Below are positions 37,201 through 49,884 of a stretch of 64,000 nucleotides of DNA, piece after piece. Location: positions 124,001 through 188,000 of the forward strand of contig MU008218.1 in NCBI GenBank assembly GCA_010909165.1. The letters are read 5' to 3'. The first letter of the stretch is position 1. Every line of letters begins with the position of its first letter. The notes below the pieces were generated by a model, which was not told where the DNA came from, did not search any database, and saw only the letters and a list, made by a program, of their open reading frames with translations. Origin of the DNA: Anthoceros angustus. Its lineage: Eukaryota > Plantae > Anthocerotophyta. Made by a program: the position numbers and the translations under genes.

Positions 37201-40200
37201 CCTTGCTTAAGCCTCGCCCATTCTAACATGCTGCGGTCAAGGTAAGTGGATCAATCGACATAAGCTTTCGCTTCTTCTCCATATCCACGAAGACAAGTGG
37301 GCGTGCTCGGTCTTCTAATTTCAGCCGCTCTTCATGGATGTAGGCATATCTTTGGGGGCCGAATACCCTCGGATGCGGAGACTAGGCTTCCTACGCCATA
37401 TCACCTCAAATGGGGTCCGCCATCCACACTAGTCGAGCCTGTTTAAGAGATAAGTCGTGACCATGCCTCAGATGCCTTGCTTAAGCCTGCCCATTCTAAC
37501 ATCTGCGTGTCATGCCCAGGTCTGGTTGCACGCTCAGAACACTGCTCAACTGCGAGTATAAGGGACAATCACCGTACAACACCTCTTTCCAACAAGAATC
37601 GGTTGAAGTGGGCGTGAGTGAATTCGCCCCGTTGTCTCAGAGCATCAAGCTTGTAAACACCTGTTTGTCTCCGCCATCACCAACCATTCCTTAAATACTT
37701 GAAGGTATCGACTTCAACCTAAGTGGGTAAGTCCAGAATAGCGACTAAAGTCGGTGATGGTAAGGTAGTATAGGCGCCGCCTAGAGAGGGAATATGTATC
37801 TTGCGAGATATGCATGTACTAACTCTAATACTTGTGATGCTCGATGAGCCAGATCGAGGAAAAGGAAGTTCCTTTGCTTGGCTATGACAGGCATCACAAA
37901 GAGGTAAGTCTTTAAAACATTTCGCAAGGGCTCTCTATAGCGATTCGGGTGAGACATCTTTAACTTATCTTTATTAGCATGACCTAATCGGCATGCCATA
38001 AACTAGCTTGAGCACTGTGATAGATAAGTAGCATGCACAGACTCGGGAGGGATGCATGTGAGATCAAGGTACAAGTCATGAAAGAGATGTCCTTTAGCTA
38101 CGACTGTCCTTCCCCTCGCTTCTTAAGTGCACAACTATGAGAAGTGAAAAGAGGTCGTACTCTACGGAGGACAATAATTGAGATCGAAAGTAGATGCTTG
38201 GCCATAAGAGGTACATGTGGACGGCTCAAGATGCCTTGCTTAAGCCCATTCTAACATCTGCGTGTCATGCCCAGGTCTCAAGTGACGTCAAGAACACCGC
38301 TCGAAGGACAATCACCGCGTACAACACCTCTTTCCAACAAGAATCGGTTGAAGTGGGCGTGAGTGAATTCGCCCCGTTGTCTCAGACGAATTGTAACAAA
38401 CACCTGTTTGTCTCTCCGCCATCACCAACCATTCCTTAAATACTTGAAGGTATCGACTTCAACCTAAGTGGGTAAGTCCAGAATAGCGACTAAAGTCGTG
38501 ATGGTAAGGTAGTATAGGCGCCGCCTAGAGAGGGAATATGTATCTTGGAGATATCCGCATGTACTAACTCTAATACTTGTGATGCTCGATGAGCCAGATC
38601 GAGGAAAAGGAAGTTCCTTTGCTTGGCTATGACACGAGCATCACAAAGAGGTAAGTCTTTAAAACATTTCGCAAGGGCTCTATAGCGATTCGGGTGAGAC
38701 ATCTTTAACTTATCTTTATTAGCATGACCTAATCGGCATGCCATAAACTAGCTTGAGCACTGTGATAGATAAGTAGCATGCAGACTCGGGAGGGATGCAT
38801 GTGAGATCAAGTCTGGTACAAGTCATGAAAGAGATGTCCTTTAGCTACGACTGTCCTTCCCCTCGCTTCTTAAGTGCACAACTATGAGAAGTGAAAAGAG
38901 GTCGTACTCTACGGAGGACAATTGACTGACGAAAGTAGATGCTTGGCCATAAGAGGTACATGCAGACGTTGTCAAGATGGAGGATGGACCCATCGTTCAA
39001 CCGAAAGCGACATGTACCGGACCAGAATATGCGACCGATCTTGGTAAGTTCGTCCCAATGAACTTTATCGATGTACGAGAGGGTCTCAGAGTGAATGAGC
39101 AGAACTCCTATCATTGCGGATGTGAGAGGTTGCTCCAATCTAAATACCAATGCGGGAAGGAGGATTTGCGAAGACGAAACAAGCGATCATGACGATCGGA
39201 GGTTTGTTGGAAGTTGAGGAAGTCTTGGCGGCGTGGGCCTCGACGCTTTGGCTTCGACCTTACGAGCCATGACTTTCTTCTTAGGCCTCTCTCTCCAGTG
39301 GCCTGTATGCCACACGGTTACGAACCAGCCGCTTGAGGAAGGACGGAAGGTGAGTCACCGGTGGTGATCGACCCGCCCATCCTTTCAAACTTGTTTCCTT
39401 TGGTATAAAGAACCTCGGTTTTGTTTTCCACCATGTGGTGTGGAATAAAGCACCTTTGTTCCTCTTGCGGAGAGCACCAATTACGTCGACAAGGCGATTA
39501 GAGGTTTGGTACCGCTACCTTGTGCCGCGAATGGAAGATCCATAGCCGGAGGCAGATGTCCGTAGCGGGTGGTAGCAGTGAGGAGTTGGGCAGTCCAACT
39601 CGAGCTGAGATCCTAAGTTCGAGCTGGGCCCTTAAGCGCCGAAACTTCACGACGAAAGGTCCCACCTTCTCGCCTTCTTTAAGTCTCATTGAAAGCAGTT
39701 CTCCACGGATTGCGTAAGTATGTTCTTTGCCTCGTCGTTTGCGAGTTGTGTCCAGATTTCGTTGGAGTCTTCCGGGTAAGCCACATCGTGGAGGAGTACC
39801 TCATCAAGACCACTAATCAAGACCGCACGAGCCACATGATTCGTTATCCCACTTCGATTTCATCCTTTGGAGCGATGAATCTTTGGTTTAGGAATGGAGC
39901 CACTAACAATGCCCCACACGTGCGTACCGCAGGGCAGCCGCTGTGAACACGCCATCCATGGAACTTCGTGCCATTAAAGCGGTCTTTCTCCTTAAATTCC
40001 ATTGAGAAAGACGGAGCGGGGATAACAGACATGGGTGGAAGAGGTAAGGCGACCACTCCTCCTCCTGCGCCTCCTGTACCTCCTGCGCTGCCTCCACCTC
40101 CACTGACCCCTCCTGTAGCCATGCAGACGTATTACAGAAAAAAAATTATCGAGCGCACAAGGGTGATCAGGCCGAGAGCACAAGGCAATTCTTCTCGTAA

Positions 40201-41376
40201 TATGTCTCGCAATGCTGTGGGGCTGAAGAGTGGGCGGCGAAGGTGCGAGGCAACTGGGATGTCGCGATCGTGCACCACGGTTGAGTCGTGAGATACCGAC
40301 GTGGTGGTATATTCGACATGGCGGTTTGCATAATCGCGTCCTGTGGGTTCTTCTTTGCGGGCGAGATACGGAAGATACAAGGTGCCTCCCGCCGGAAGAC
40401 ATACAATCAAGGCCCATCAGACTTGGCCACTGCACAAGACGCTACCGCCTCGCGAAGTCTGGGCGGCGCTCGAGATCTGTTGAGGTAGAATTGCGACCAA
40501 GTCGCGCTGATTTCCTTTGCACCACAAGGTCATGCAATTTTCTAACATCCTCAATCGTTGTTATGCTTGCGCGAATGAGGTCAACCGCGTGAAAGCTCTT
40601 GATGGCGCGCAGTTTGCACCTCGCCTGCCGGAATCACGGTAAGCAAGGTTGATTCGTAGTGTTCAACCTTTCACTCAGCACGCGTAGGCTCCAATTATCT
40701 CGGCGGTGAGTAGCCCGAGATCCGAATGTATCCATAAATCGTCCTCACAAAAATCTCGAACTTCGGGATGTCGCAGACGTGCACCACGGTTGGAGTCCGG
40801 GATAAAGGCAACGTGTCTGATGTTCTTCACGGCTTGCGTGATTTTGTATGGTCCTCAAGCTGGTCACGATGCTTAGTTGTGGGTGATTGCGAGAGGCGGA
40901 CGAACGCTCACGAGAACGCCCGTCGAGTCATCTTTAATTAGAGCGACATGATCTGCCGCTAACGACATCCATCAGGAAGTCTTTGATTCTTGTCATACAT
41001 ATTCCTATCAATAATTTCTCGCTAACGTGGTAATGCGGTGTAGTGAGAAGGATTCTTCGACACATGATCCCGGAATCACAAATTCGTGATTCAAGGATTC
41101 GTGTCCTACAACCTATTCTTACTACATGCACCTACCATAGCCAAGTACATTGATGTAGATAGTAGAATCAAATCGTGTATCCGAGCTCACGATACCATGT
41201 GAATAAAAGCTGTAATCACAATAATGAGAATTAAAATATTATGAATATACATGAGGGCTTATATAGCAAAAGCTGTCTAAGGTTGTGTCGCTTCAAGTTA
41301 ACCTAATTATTTATTAGATAACTAATATCTAATAGGCAGCTTTATAAGGAGAAGTAGCAGGATTCTCCTTCCAACA
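34272..41376 (-). mobile_element. Full-length Ty1/copia LTR retrotransposon
   Basis: ~179 bp TG..CA LTRs at 34272-34450 and 41198-41376. PBS TGGTATCGTGAGC (tRNA-iMet-like) at 41197-41185. Probable TSD CTTTT. Domain order gag (DRFNGTKFHGW), GHANKDKL, integrase (TPFEVIWRRKPSLLHLRVFG), RT (LYVDDAIL), RNase H. The ORFs are heavily frameshifted. Confidence 0.92.
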
Positions 41377-41962
41377 CTTTTCTGTATAGGCCAAAAATTC
41401 ACCACAAATAGGCTTCTTTGATCTCATTTTCGTTTGTGTGGATGGCGACCATTTCGACTCCATTCTTAGCTGAACATGTGGAATTGTGATGAGTAAAGCA
41501 ACCGGCAAAGAGACCAGCTGTCATAAGCACTCCGAGGCTCTCACAGTCTAGCTCCCAAGCTGTAGATGATTTGAACATTTATTTCACTTTCCTTGGTGTT
41601 GTGTGTGTTGCAACCATAAGGTCACAAGATATAGTTTTCAATGCGCCCAAGCACAACCTCGTGGGCTGTGCGGATGAGTGTGGCTTCCGCCGACGTTTGA
41701 CATTGTTATTGAGTGGTTCCACCACATTGAAAGATTGCGCCTAGGTCACATTTTCACGGACGCACTTGTTGGTTCTCAATGGTACCGCAACCAAAGTGTT
41801 TCGCCAAAAATTGCAAATCCGTGAAGAGGCAAATCCCATCTTGGCCATAGGATTAGAGTAACGTGTCATGTTGGCACACAAGCAATGTATGGTGACGGTT
41901 GGATGTGTTGTGTATAGGTATTGCAACCATTGGTTGTATACAAAAGCTTGAGAGGAACATCC

Positions 41963-44900
41963 GGTAGGTTTCAAAGCCACGCGCTTTCCTGTGTCACTAA
42001 TTTGACCTCCGTCGTTCGCCGCCCAAGGAGCTATGGAGAGAGTGAAATTGAAGGCCCACCTATTGCAAATTCGTTGATGCGACATGAAATCAAGGTAGAA
42101 CATGGACGATCATGAGCACACCATGATGGTGCTGCAAAAGCTTTATCGCGAGCTAAGTGAAGGTCACAACTAACCCGAGGTCTAATATATAGAGCATGTC
42201 ACGCCACTCGTTGATGGTGAGGAGTATATAGCCCGACAATCCGTCTTCACTCCCGCAATGTATGGCTGCAGCCTCCAAAAATGGGCTGAGGTGGAGGCGC
42301 CGAGGTGGAGACCAAACATTTTTGGGGAATGGAGAGCCACAACGAGTGAAGAGCGGTGAAGAATGGAGAGCCAATAATATAGGTGAAAATGGAGAGCCAA
42401 CATGAGTGAACCTATCGGGCTTATACTTCACTCAAACGTAATATATTCTCTAATATTCTCGTACTCTTTATGTTCGTCTATTAAAAGATAAGTTAAATAA
42501 GGATTTGAAGTACAATATATGGTGCATATAAAATAAAGAGTTAACGCATAGGTACCTTTCATTGAAAAATTGAGGATTAAGTTAGTGAAGTATTAGTTAG
42601 CTAATTTGATCATCAATAAAAAAAACTGATTAACATAGTGATAATAAATCTTCATATGAACTTCAATAAAATAAAAATTAATTGAACCATCGATGACATA
42701 CATGGTTGTCGAGAAAAATATAAAAGCTTGTTCTATATATGTAACGCTATACCTTCTTAATCATCACAAATTTTTGATGTCAATATGGATGCCATAATTG
42801 CTAGAAAAGTTATAGATGATATTATGCCCCAGAAAAAATAAATTATTATTTCAGAGATGCACTATTTGTACATGAAACTTTCTATGAACCACAAAACAAA
42901 GAGAATACGAAGGTATATTAACATTCTTCACCTTTTTATAATATTTTATTTTATTTCTTTGTTTTCTTCCTTACGTAAGGCTATGATTGATTGCGGTACC
43001 TTAAGCGATATGAGTTTATAGGGATTTTGTGTTAAGTTTCTTGATCTCAACATTCTTCTACGAAAATTATCCGGACGTACATTCGCACGTTAAGCGATAT
43101 GCAGCGTGAATAACGGCCACTTGGCTACTATTTGTGTGAAACAAGGTATTGTTAGATACTTTGTATACATGTTTGAATCTATTGTATAAAACAAGCAACT
43201 GTTAGATACTATGTATGCATGTTTGAATCTTTTGTATGAAACAAGGCAGTTAGATACCATGTATACATACTTGAATCTATTGAATGAAATACGGTACTTT
43301 TAGATACTTTGTATACATGCTTCATCTATTGCTTCATGCCTTCATGTTTGCTATTATGACGAATGTGTAAAGGATCCTCACTTCGCTACTTTGTATGTTT
43401 AAAGGTATTCTTTGAATGCTTTCGTCATAGATTTTGGATTATGATACGATCGTGGAGGAACTTATTATTCCAGCTGAAGAAGATCATATACCATGGGGCA
43501 CAATGAAACGATGACATGTAAGTATTTTGTTATTGGTATAGTATTTCAACTTGTATCATTAGGACATATCCATATGTTCAATACGTTCTTTAGAGTGTTA
43601 ACACGAGTTTTCTATACATATTGAGCCTCGTGTGTTTGGATTTGATATTTTGTTTAATACTAATATCGACATTACACGATTTTTGCCAACTATTATGAAA
43701 GTATTCTTGGAGTTATATATGTTGATAGTAACTATAACATTCGAGGTGAAAAGAATTATCAAACCACTTTATTCACGAATAAAGAAGTTTACTCCATGGA
43801 ACTTGCCACAAAATCTGCTCAGACGCTACAAGAGATATGCCGTGAAAGGTCTCCAATGGGAGGTAGAGTGGAAAGTTTTAGAAGATGGAACCACAAAGGC
43901 TAAAGGAATAGTAGCGACAATAGAAGACAAGCCTCGACATATTGTGATGCACGCGAATCGAACCCGCCGTCGGTAAGAAAGCAGCAAGGATAAATCTAGC
44001 GAACGTATGCTACCACAACTACAGGTACTTTTATTGTACTTATTTTGAATGTACTAGATGTTTACTTATTGACCTTTCAAATATGTGCTAATTATTACAG
44101 ATAAGTGTTATGATGCGAGCTTACCCGATTTTAGAAGAAAAACTTCTAGCGTACAATGTAAATTTTTTAATCGTTTCATTTATTTAAATTATACTAATTT
44201 TTCTCTTATCTTCATACATATAAAACAAATTTCTTTTATGGATTAATGGGCTGCTGAGCTAATTTTTCAATCTAACTTTTGCGCTACTATGTGCAACAGA
44301 AGAAAGCAAGTGCAAATTGAAGCCCCTTACAATCCAATCACATGGACGAAGATGTACAGAGATCTGGAGTGCATTGAACTATCAATTTCATCATAAGTTC
44401 ATTGTAACGGATATTTATGCGCCTTCAAGTGACCAACAAATTCGGTGGATAACTTTCAAACTAATTTTATTTATTCCTATTATAAATATAGTATTACCTC
44501 TAAAAGGTTAACTTTTCTTAGATTTATGTTTTGGTTTATGAGGCACATTGATGTTTTAGACAATGCACTATGTTTTAATGATCATAATATTATTATTCAT
44601 AAAATGTTAACAAATCTAATCTTAATGGTTGTAGTACATGGAGCGCTAGCATTTTGGGTGACGCGGGCTTGGCTTCCTAGTATCCAAGCACCGATTCAAG
44701 TATATCCAAACGAAGATTCCGGAAAGTTAAGCGACTTGAGAGCAACAGAAACAATGGGCACTTGGCAAATGTATTTATGGACAAGGGCATAGCTCAATGT
44801 TTTAGCCAGAATAGAGCGACAATGATATTGTCAAAGATCTCAATGCGAAAAGGACAACAAGCATTACATGGGGTAGTCCAAGAAGGCATCAGTCAACATA

Positions 44901-46661
44901 CTTCATCATATTTGTTTAAAACTTTAAATTTTATTGTTTTGAGCTAGATAATATTGAAACAAGACATGTTTCTTGGTTCAGTTTTGATTACTTGAACTAT
45001 CATTGGCGCAATATTTTGGGATATGCGGTTTGATGAGGAGAAAGTGCATGATTTTACGTCAACTTATTGATAGTATCACAAGTTCAGTGGAAGACTGCCG
45101 ATAAAACCCAAATTGCCTTGTCCAGAGGCATGTCAAGAAAAAGGAATAAACTTTGTTACAACATATGAAAATCTAGATGGTACTCACTTGAAGATGGTGG
45201 GAGTTTTAATCGATCCAAGGAGGCCACAAGATCCCTTGTGATGATGACATCGATCCTTCATCAAGTCAAAAGACGACGTATAAATTTAGCGAGAAGATAA
45301 AACCATATTTGAGGTACCCTCTCGTGAATCTCTTGGATAGTTTTAGATGTTTGTCAACTCGACATGAAATACTAATCCCTTGTTTTGTAATGTGTTAGGG
45401 CTTACCAACTTGCAAACAAGAGAATTCAAGAATGCATCGTAATGTTCACACTTCCTCTTTCTTTTCTTGACTTTGACATTTGTTTGTGGATAAATTTCAA
45501 TATTCAAGTCAATCTAATTGAACTCCTCACAGTGACATGCAACGTCAAGAGTTGATAAGTGCGCTTCTGATTTGGAAAAATTGGAGGTATTGTGTTTTCG
45601 CATGAAATATGGAAAACCTAAAATTAAACTCTTGAGAAGAAGGTCCTCCAAATTGCAAAAAGTAAGATTTGAAGTTATTTGAAAAATAATGTTTATTTAT
45701 TAACTATGTTTTGTACTAAACAATTTTTAATTTTAACCATGCATTTACTTATATGGTGAATATTGATGTACCTCAATTTGGTACAATGGAGTGCCTTGGC
45801 GACCCAAAGCCTAAAATGTTATTAGCTCAGCACTCCATTATACAAATGCTCACAAAGTTGGAAGTATCCTCGAATGATCCGAAAAGGCCAAAAGTAACCC
45901 TTGTACAAATTTGAATTTTGTACAAGTTTGCGAAGTTATGATTGGAGATTTCGTTTGAGACTTCATTTTTAAGGAGGATTTAGTCTTTAGAATACATTTG
46001 ATATGGTAAAACGATAAAACTTCTAAAGTTACTCATAATCTAAATCTTGCGTGGATTTTCTTTGAGATGAACATGATGTCCGAAATAGACCTTACCGTTA
46101 TCGTTTGGTTATCAACCTACACTCCGCATTCATATATATGAGCAGGGGACATTTTCCCAAAGAATTCCTCCGCACACAAGGCCTCAGTTCACACAGGTTA
46201 GCGCTGCTTCCAATGTCACCTGAGGAATTGCAAAACAATTTGCAAATCCGCTCTCGTCTTCCTTGAATCGCGGCGCACCGGTTCCGTGTGACTGAATTCT
46301 AGGCAACCCAACCAAATAGTAGCGAGTCCGAGCGAGGTGGATCGTCGCTCGATTTTCTAACTCTTTGTGTTATGATGAGAGGTGACAGATTGATGTTAGC
46401 CAACCGTGTCCTCGCTTTGACAGTGGAGTTAGGCAAGCACGTTCACCGCATGAGCAGGCATTCCGTTATTTTCACGATCGACTAGGCGTACAACGCAACA
46501 ACCAATAGCAAATCGATGCACACGGTACCCATCCGTCACAACAATGTCTCTCCATTCAAGCCTTGACATGATCTCTATGGAACTGCGGCAATCATTGCAC
46601 ATGCATAGATTCTTGGTTACTTGAGCTATCCTCTGGGAGTGTTCAAGAGGCCAAAAGCTAG
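41963..46661. repeat. 4.7 kb AT-rich block X, copy 1 (TE-like, ends inside the DYW coding region)
   Basis: Near-identical to 49885-54651. Contains ATGGAGAGCCA repeats, a ~48 bp minisatellite and degenerate coding pieces. Confidence 0.85.
43130..43320. repeat. ~48 bp minisatellite, four units (second copy ~51090-51280)
   Basis: Recurrent TGAAACAAG..TGTTAGATAC..TGTAT.CATGTTTGAATCT. Confidence 0.8.
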
Positions 46662-47560
46662 AGCTAGCTTCTCGGCATGCCCACAAGCACATCTTTCTTT
46701 CCTTCTCAAGTACACGGGCTTCAATACCAAATTTGTGTGAGGTACGTGGCCTCCTTCACGCTTTAGGTGGGCATTTGTGCTCTCTTCACGAAGCACAATG
46801 TCCTCTCTTCTTCTCCAACCAAATCCATGTACTTGCTTAATCACGTCCATGCTTGCAACAGCTAGGTTTCTTATTAGCTACTACTACCCTTCTTTGTGTT
46901 TCAATCATGTTACGTCGGTCTATCTACATACACTGATAGGCATTGGCCGTGAGCACATCTGTGCCGCTTCCTAGGGTCCGGCTTAACAATGCTTTCAAAA
47001 CCCCACATCGCCTCTCTATATCTCCATGACTTTTGCGGGCATTCAACAAAACATCAAGCCCATAGCATTACTTATTAAATTGGTTGGCCTCCGTTGATAA
47101 TAGCATCTTCTCTACCTCTAAATTGCCAAGACGCCCAAGAAGATCAATCATGTAGGCGTAATGGTCAATAGGAGGTTTAATGCCATCTTCACCATGGAAT
47201 CGAAGTGCTTGCGACCCTCATGGGCAGTCCCATATGCATGACCGCATGCTCCTAAAAGGCAAGTGAACGAAGCACCATCAAGTCAATGCCGATGGCAACT
47301 AACATCTCCTCAAAACAAGCTAGTGCATTGTGGCCACCATCACAAGCACCATACCCGGATATCGTGGTGGTCCATCATATGTCACCACATCCTTTGCGGC
47401 CATCTTTGTCAAAAGCGTGGTGTGCATCGTCGAGTTCACCACATTTTGCATATGTCCACCGTGCAAGTGCCCAACACTACATTATCCAGCCCTCTTTCAA
47501 CACGATAATTTTGAAGCGGCTCAATATCTGAAGCCGCTTCCTACAAAATGGAAGCCGCTT
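46480..47560 (-). pseudogene. PLS-class PPR protein 3' part with a DYW:KP-type deaminase domain (frameshifted, 5' end missing)
   Basis: PPR motifs AKCGELDDAHHAFDK and GIKPPIDHYAYMIDLLGRLG. KKP.AVASMDV at ~46872-46845, GHAEKLALAFGLLNTP at 46682-46635, KNLCMCNDC, and DGYRVHRF. Confidence 0.8.
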
Positions 47561-47660
47561 AGGAAAAACACGACAAAACTAAAGCAGTTCCTACATTTGT
47601 AGTGAATTCGCATGGTTTCTAGGTTTAGGGTTTTATAAAAGAGCGATTTACAACATCGAG

Positions 47661-47699
47661 CTAGATAGTCGTGGTCGTGGGCGGCATGCGCCCACGACC
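47661..47699 (-). mobile_element. Helitron-like 3' terminus
   Basis: Perfect 11 bp GC-rich hairpin GGTCGTGGGCG-N5-CGCCCACGACC (47673-47699), followed 8 nt later on the minus strand by CTAG (47664-47661). The next base is C, not the canonical T. Confidence 0.45.
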
Positions 47700-47912
47700 G
47701 CTTTTGCAACAATCCAAAAATATGGCGACATAGATTACCCAAAAATAGCGTTTGGCATACATGCTAAGGTAAAAGCAATTGGGCGGCGGCATGCGCGCCC
47801 ACCCTGACATGTTTGATAAATGTAATCGGCCTAAAACAATTTGATCCTGCTCTAAGTAGAAAGGTCTTCCATTCCGGTTTGAGTCTCGGGAGGCATTTTC
47901 CAAACACGCTAT

Positions 47913-49220
47913 TCATGACCACTTCGATCCTTTTAGTCGAGCATGCTCCGTATTTTCAAAGTTATCATTTTCTTCCATAGCATTATCTTCGTCGATATGG
48001 TCTTCTTCCCCGCCATTGTTGGAGTCGTTTTGGGTCCAAAGCGGCATCTAAGTCTGCTGCCCATCGTCCGAGGATGTCACCGATATTCTCCTTCCTTCAT
48101 TGGTATCAAACAAAACAATGTGCGACGAGACTCATCCTTTTCGGACAAACTCACCTCTTTTGCCCGAACTAGGTCGGGCCCCGACGATGTGGTTCATGAT
48201 TCAACTCTTCTTCTACGTCCGAAAGACTTCGTAGCCATGGATCCTCCGAGAATAAACTTTTGTGCACCTCTTGTCTTGCTCGATTGCAATGCAGCTATGT
48301 CGCATAGCAAAGTCGCCAAAGTTGTTGACCCACTCAAAGACAAGCATCTAGAATCCAATCCCCCTCCTTCGAGAAGCTTTTGATGAGCCTCATCGCCAAA
48401 AGCCAAAGGCCTTTGATAAGCACGGACCACCAGCTTGTCCAATGATGTGTACAACAACGTCTTCACCACCGTAGGATGCCCATGACCGCCCGCCATTGTT
48501 GAAAGACCCATGGATGTTAGTGGGGATCATGGAAACTTTGGTCTTCTTGCTATCCGATGTTTAACCCCACCCTATGGACGTACTCCATAATGTCGTATCC
48601 ACCCAAGTCGCAGTATATTTGTTTTGACAAACGCGTCCATAGTCGCTCCGGAAGATTCAACTCGTCCTCCGCCATTCGATCTTCCTCTCTGCTCAAATGC
48701 CTCATTAGTCAATGCCCTAAAATATCTAGGACCGCCCATCCTCTTCATCCAAGGCCCAAACTCATTGTCTTCTTCATCTTCTACAAATGCCGCTCTCCTT
48801 GTGCGAAAGCTTCAAGACCTTGTCGAGTACTCCAAAGATGAGATTTCTACTTTGTGAGTTTTGATGGATTGTGTTATCGCACAAGGCCACATACAGCCTC
48901 CCAGCGTGAACATCAAAATTCCAGCATCAACATTCCTTAGTACAAGACATGAATGTTTCCGACTTACGCTCGAAAGCACAAGCAAAGATATCACAGTTAC
49001 CGCAAATAACACTTACACTCTATGCACGCAACGCCTCATGAAATTTCAGAGATACATCTCTGGGCTCGCACTTCCGGGCATTGAAGTTAGACATACTCAG
49101 GGCAAATACACTGTACTCGTCTGTTGTCACAGGAAGAGTATCAAATTCATAGGGTCTTCCTATGCAGAGCACTTGGAACTCTGGTAACCTCGTGCTCCAA
49201 GGCAAGTGTTGCCCACACAA
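47913..49220 (-). pseudogene. Frameshifted beta-class (N4-cytosine/N6-adenine) DNA methyltransferase-like sequence
   Basis: Across three frameshifts, 48418-48260 reads YQRPLAF / MRLIKSFSKEGDWILDAC / SGSTTLATL / RHSCIAIEQDKRC, matching the QKP..L..LI...S..GD.VLDPF.GSGTT.....R..IG.E.D motif X-I-II block. An acidic tail ends at ~47913. LCIGRPYEF at 49149-49160 is a possible degenerate motif IV. Confidence 0.5.
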
Positions 49221-49884
49221 CCCAACCAGCCCTCACTCTTTGGTTCAGCAGAGCTCCCGCGTGTCCATACATCCACAACTTCAGCATTGGAGTCCACATA
49301 ACGTTCTCTGCGTCTGGCTCCCTAGCCTGAGTGAAAAACCATTCGGGGCCTAAAACTTAAAGACGGGGCCAAACGGTTGGCCCCGTTCCTCGTCTTCACC
49401 GACGCGCGAGAGGTCGCGTCCACCATGACTTCAACCAAAACGACTATGGTGGATGCGAGCTCCACCACGTGTGCTTGACGCATGGCTCGCCTTCGGCACC
49501 GAGCCAGGGCTGATGCGGATGCTCCGAGGCGGTGCATCCACAATTTCGCGCGGCAGAGGGCGACATGCGTGGCCGATTCGCGGTGTGTGTGCGCCTGCTG
49601 CCACGGGAGTGCAAGACTCCCATCAGGCTGAAATTGCTGCAAAATTTCAGCCCAACGGAGGCCGAAGAAGGAAGAAAAGGGGTAGGCGTGCCCGGTGCCT
49701 GCCCGTAAGCATGTTGATGGAGCCGATCAGGTCGCCCTCTCATGCGGTAATGATGAAGACGCCCCGGTGCTAGATCTTGTGCCTGCAAGTTTTGATGGGA
49801 AGGGAGCGGCGTCTTGGAAAACCGCTGGAATGTGAGTTGGGAGCATGCGCCCCAAGCACTTGTTCACAATGGTCGATTTCACCA

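Noticed and set aside
43130-43320. CRISPR-like array
   Set aside because: The units are contiguous and degenerate with no unique spacers, and the context is eukaryotic. It is a minisatellite.
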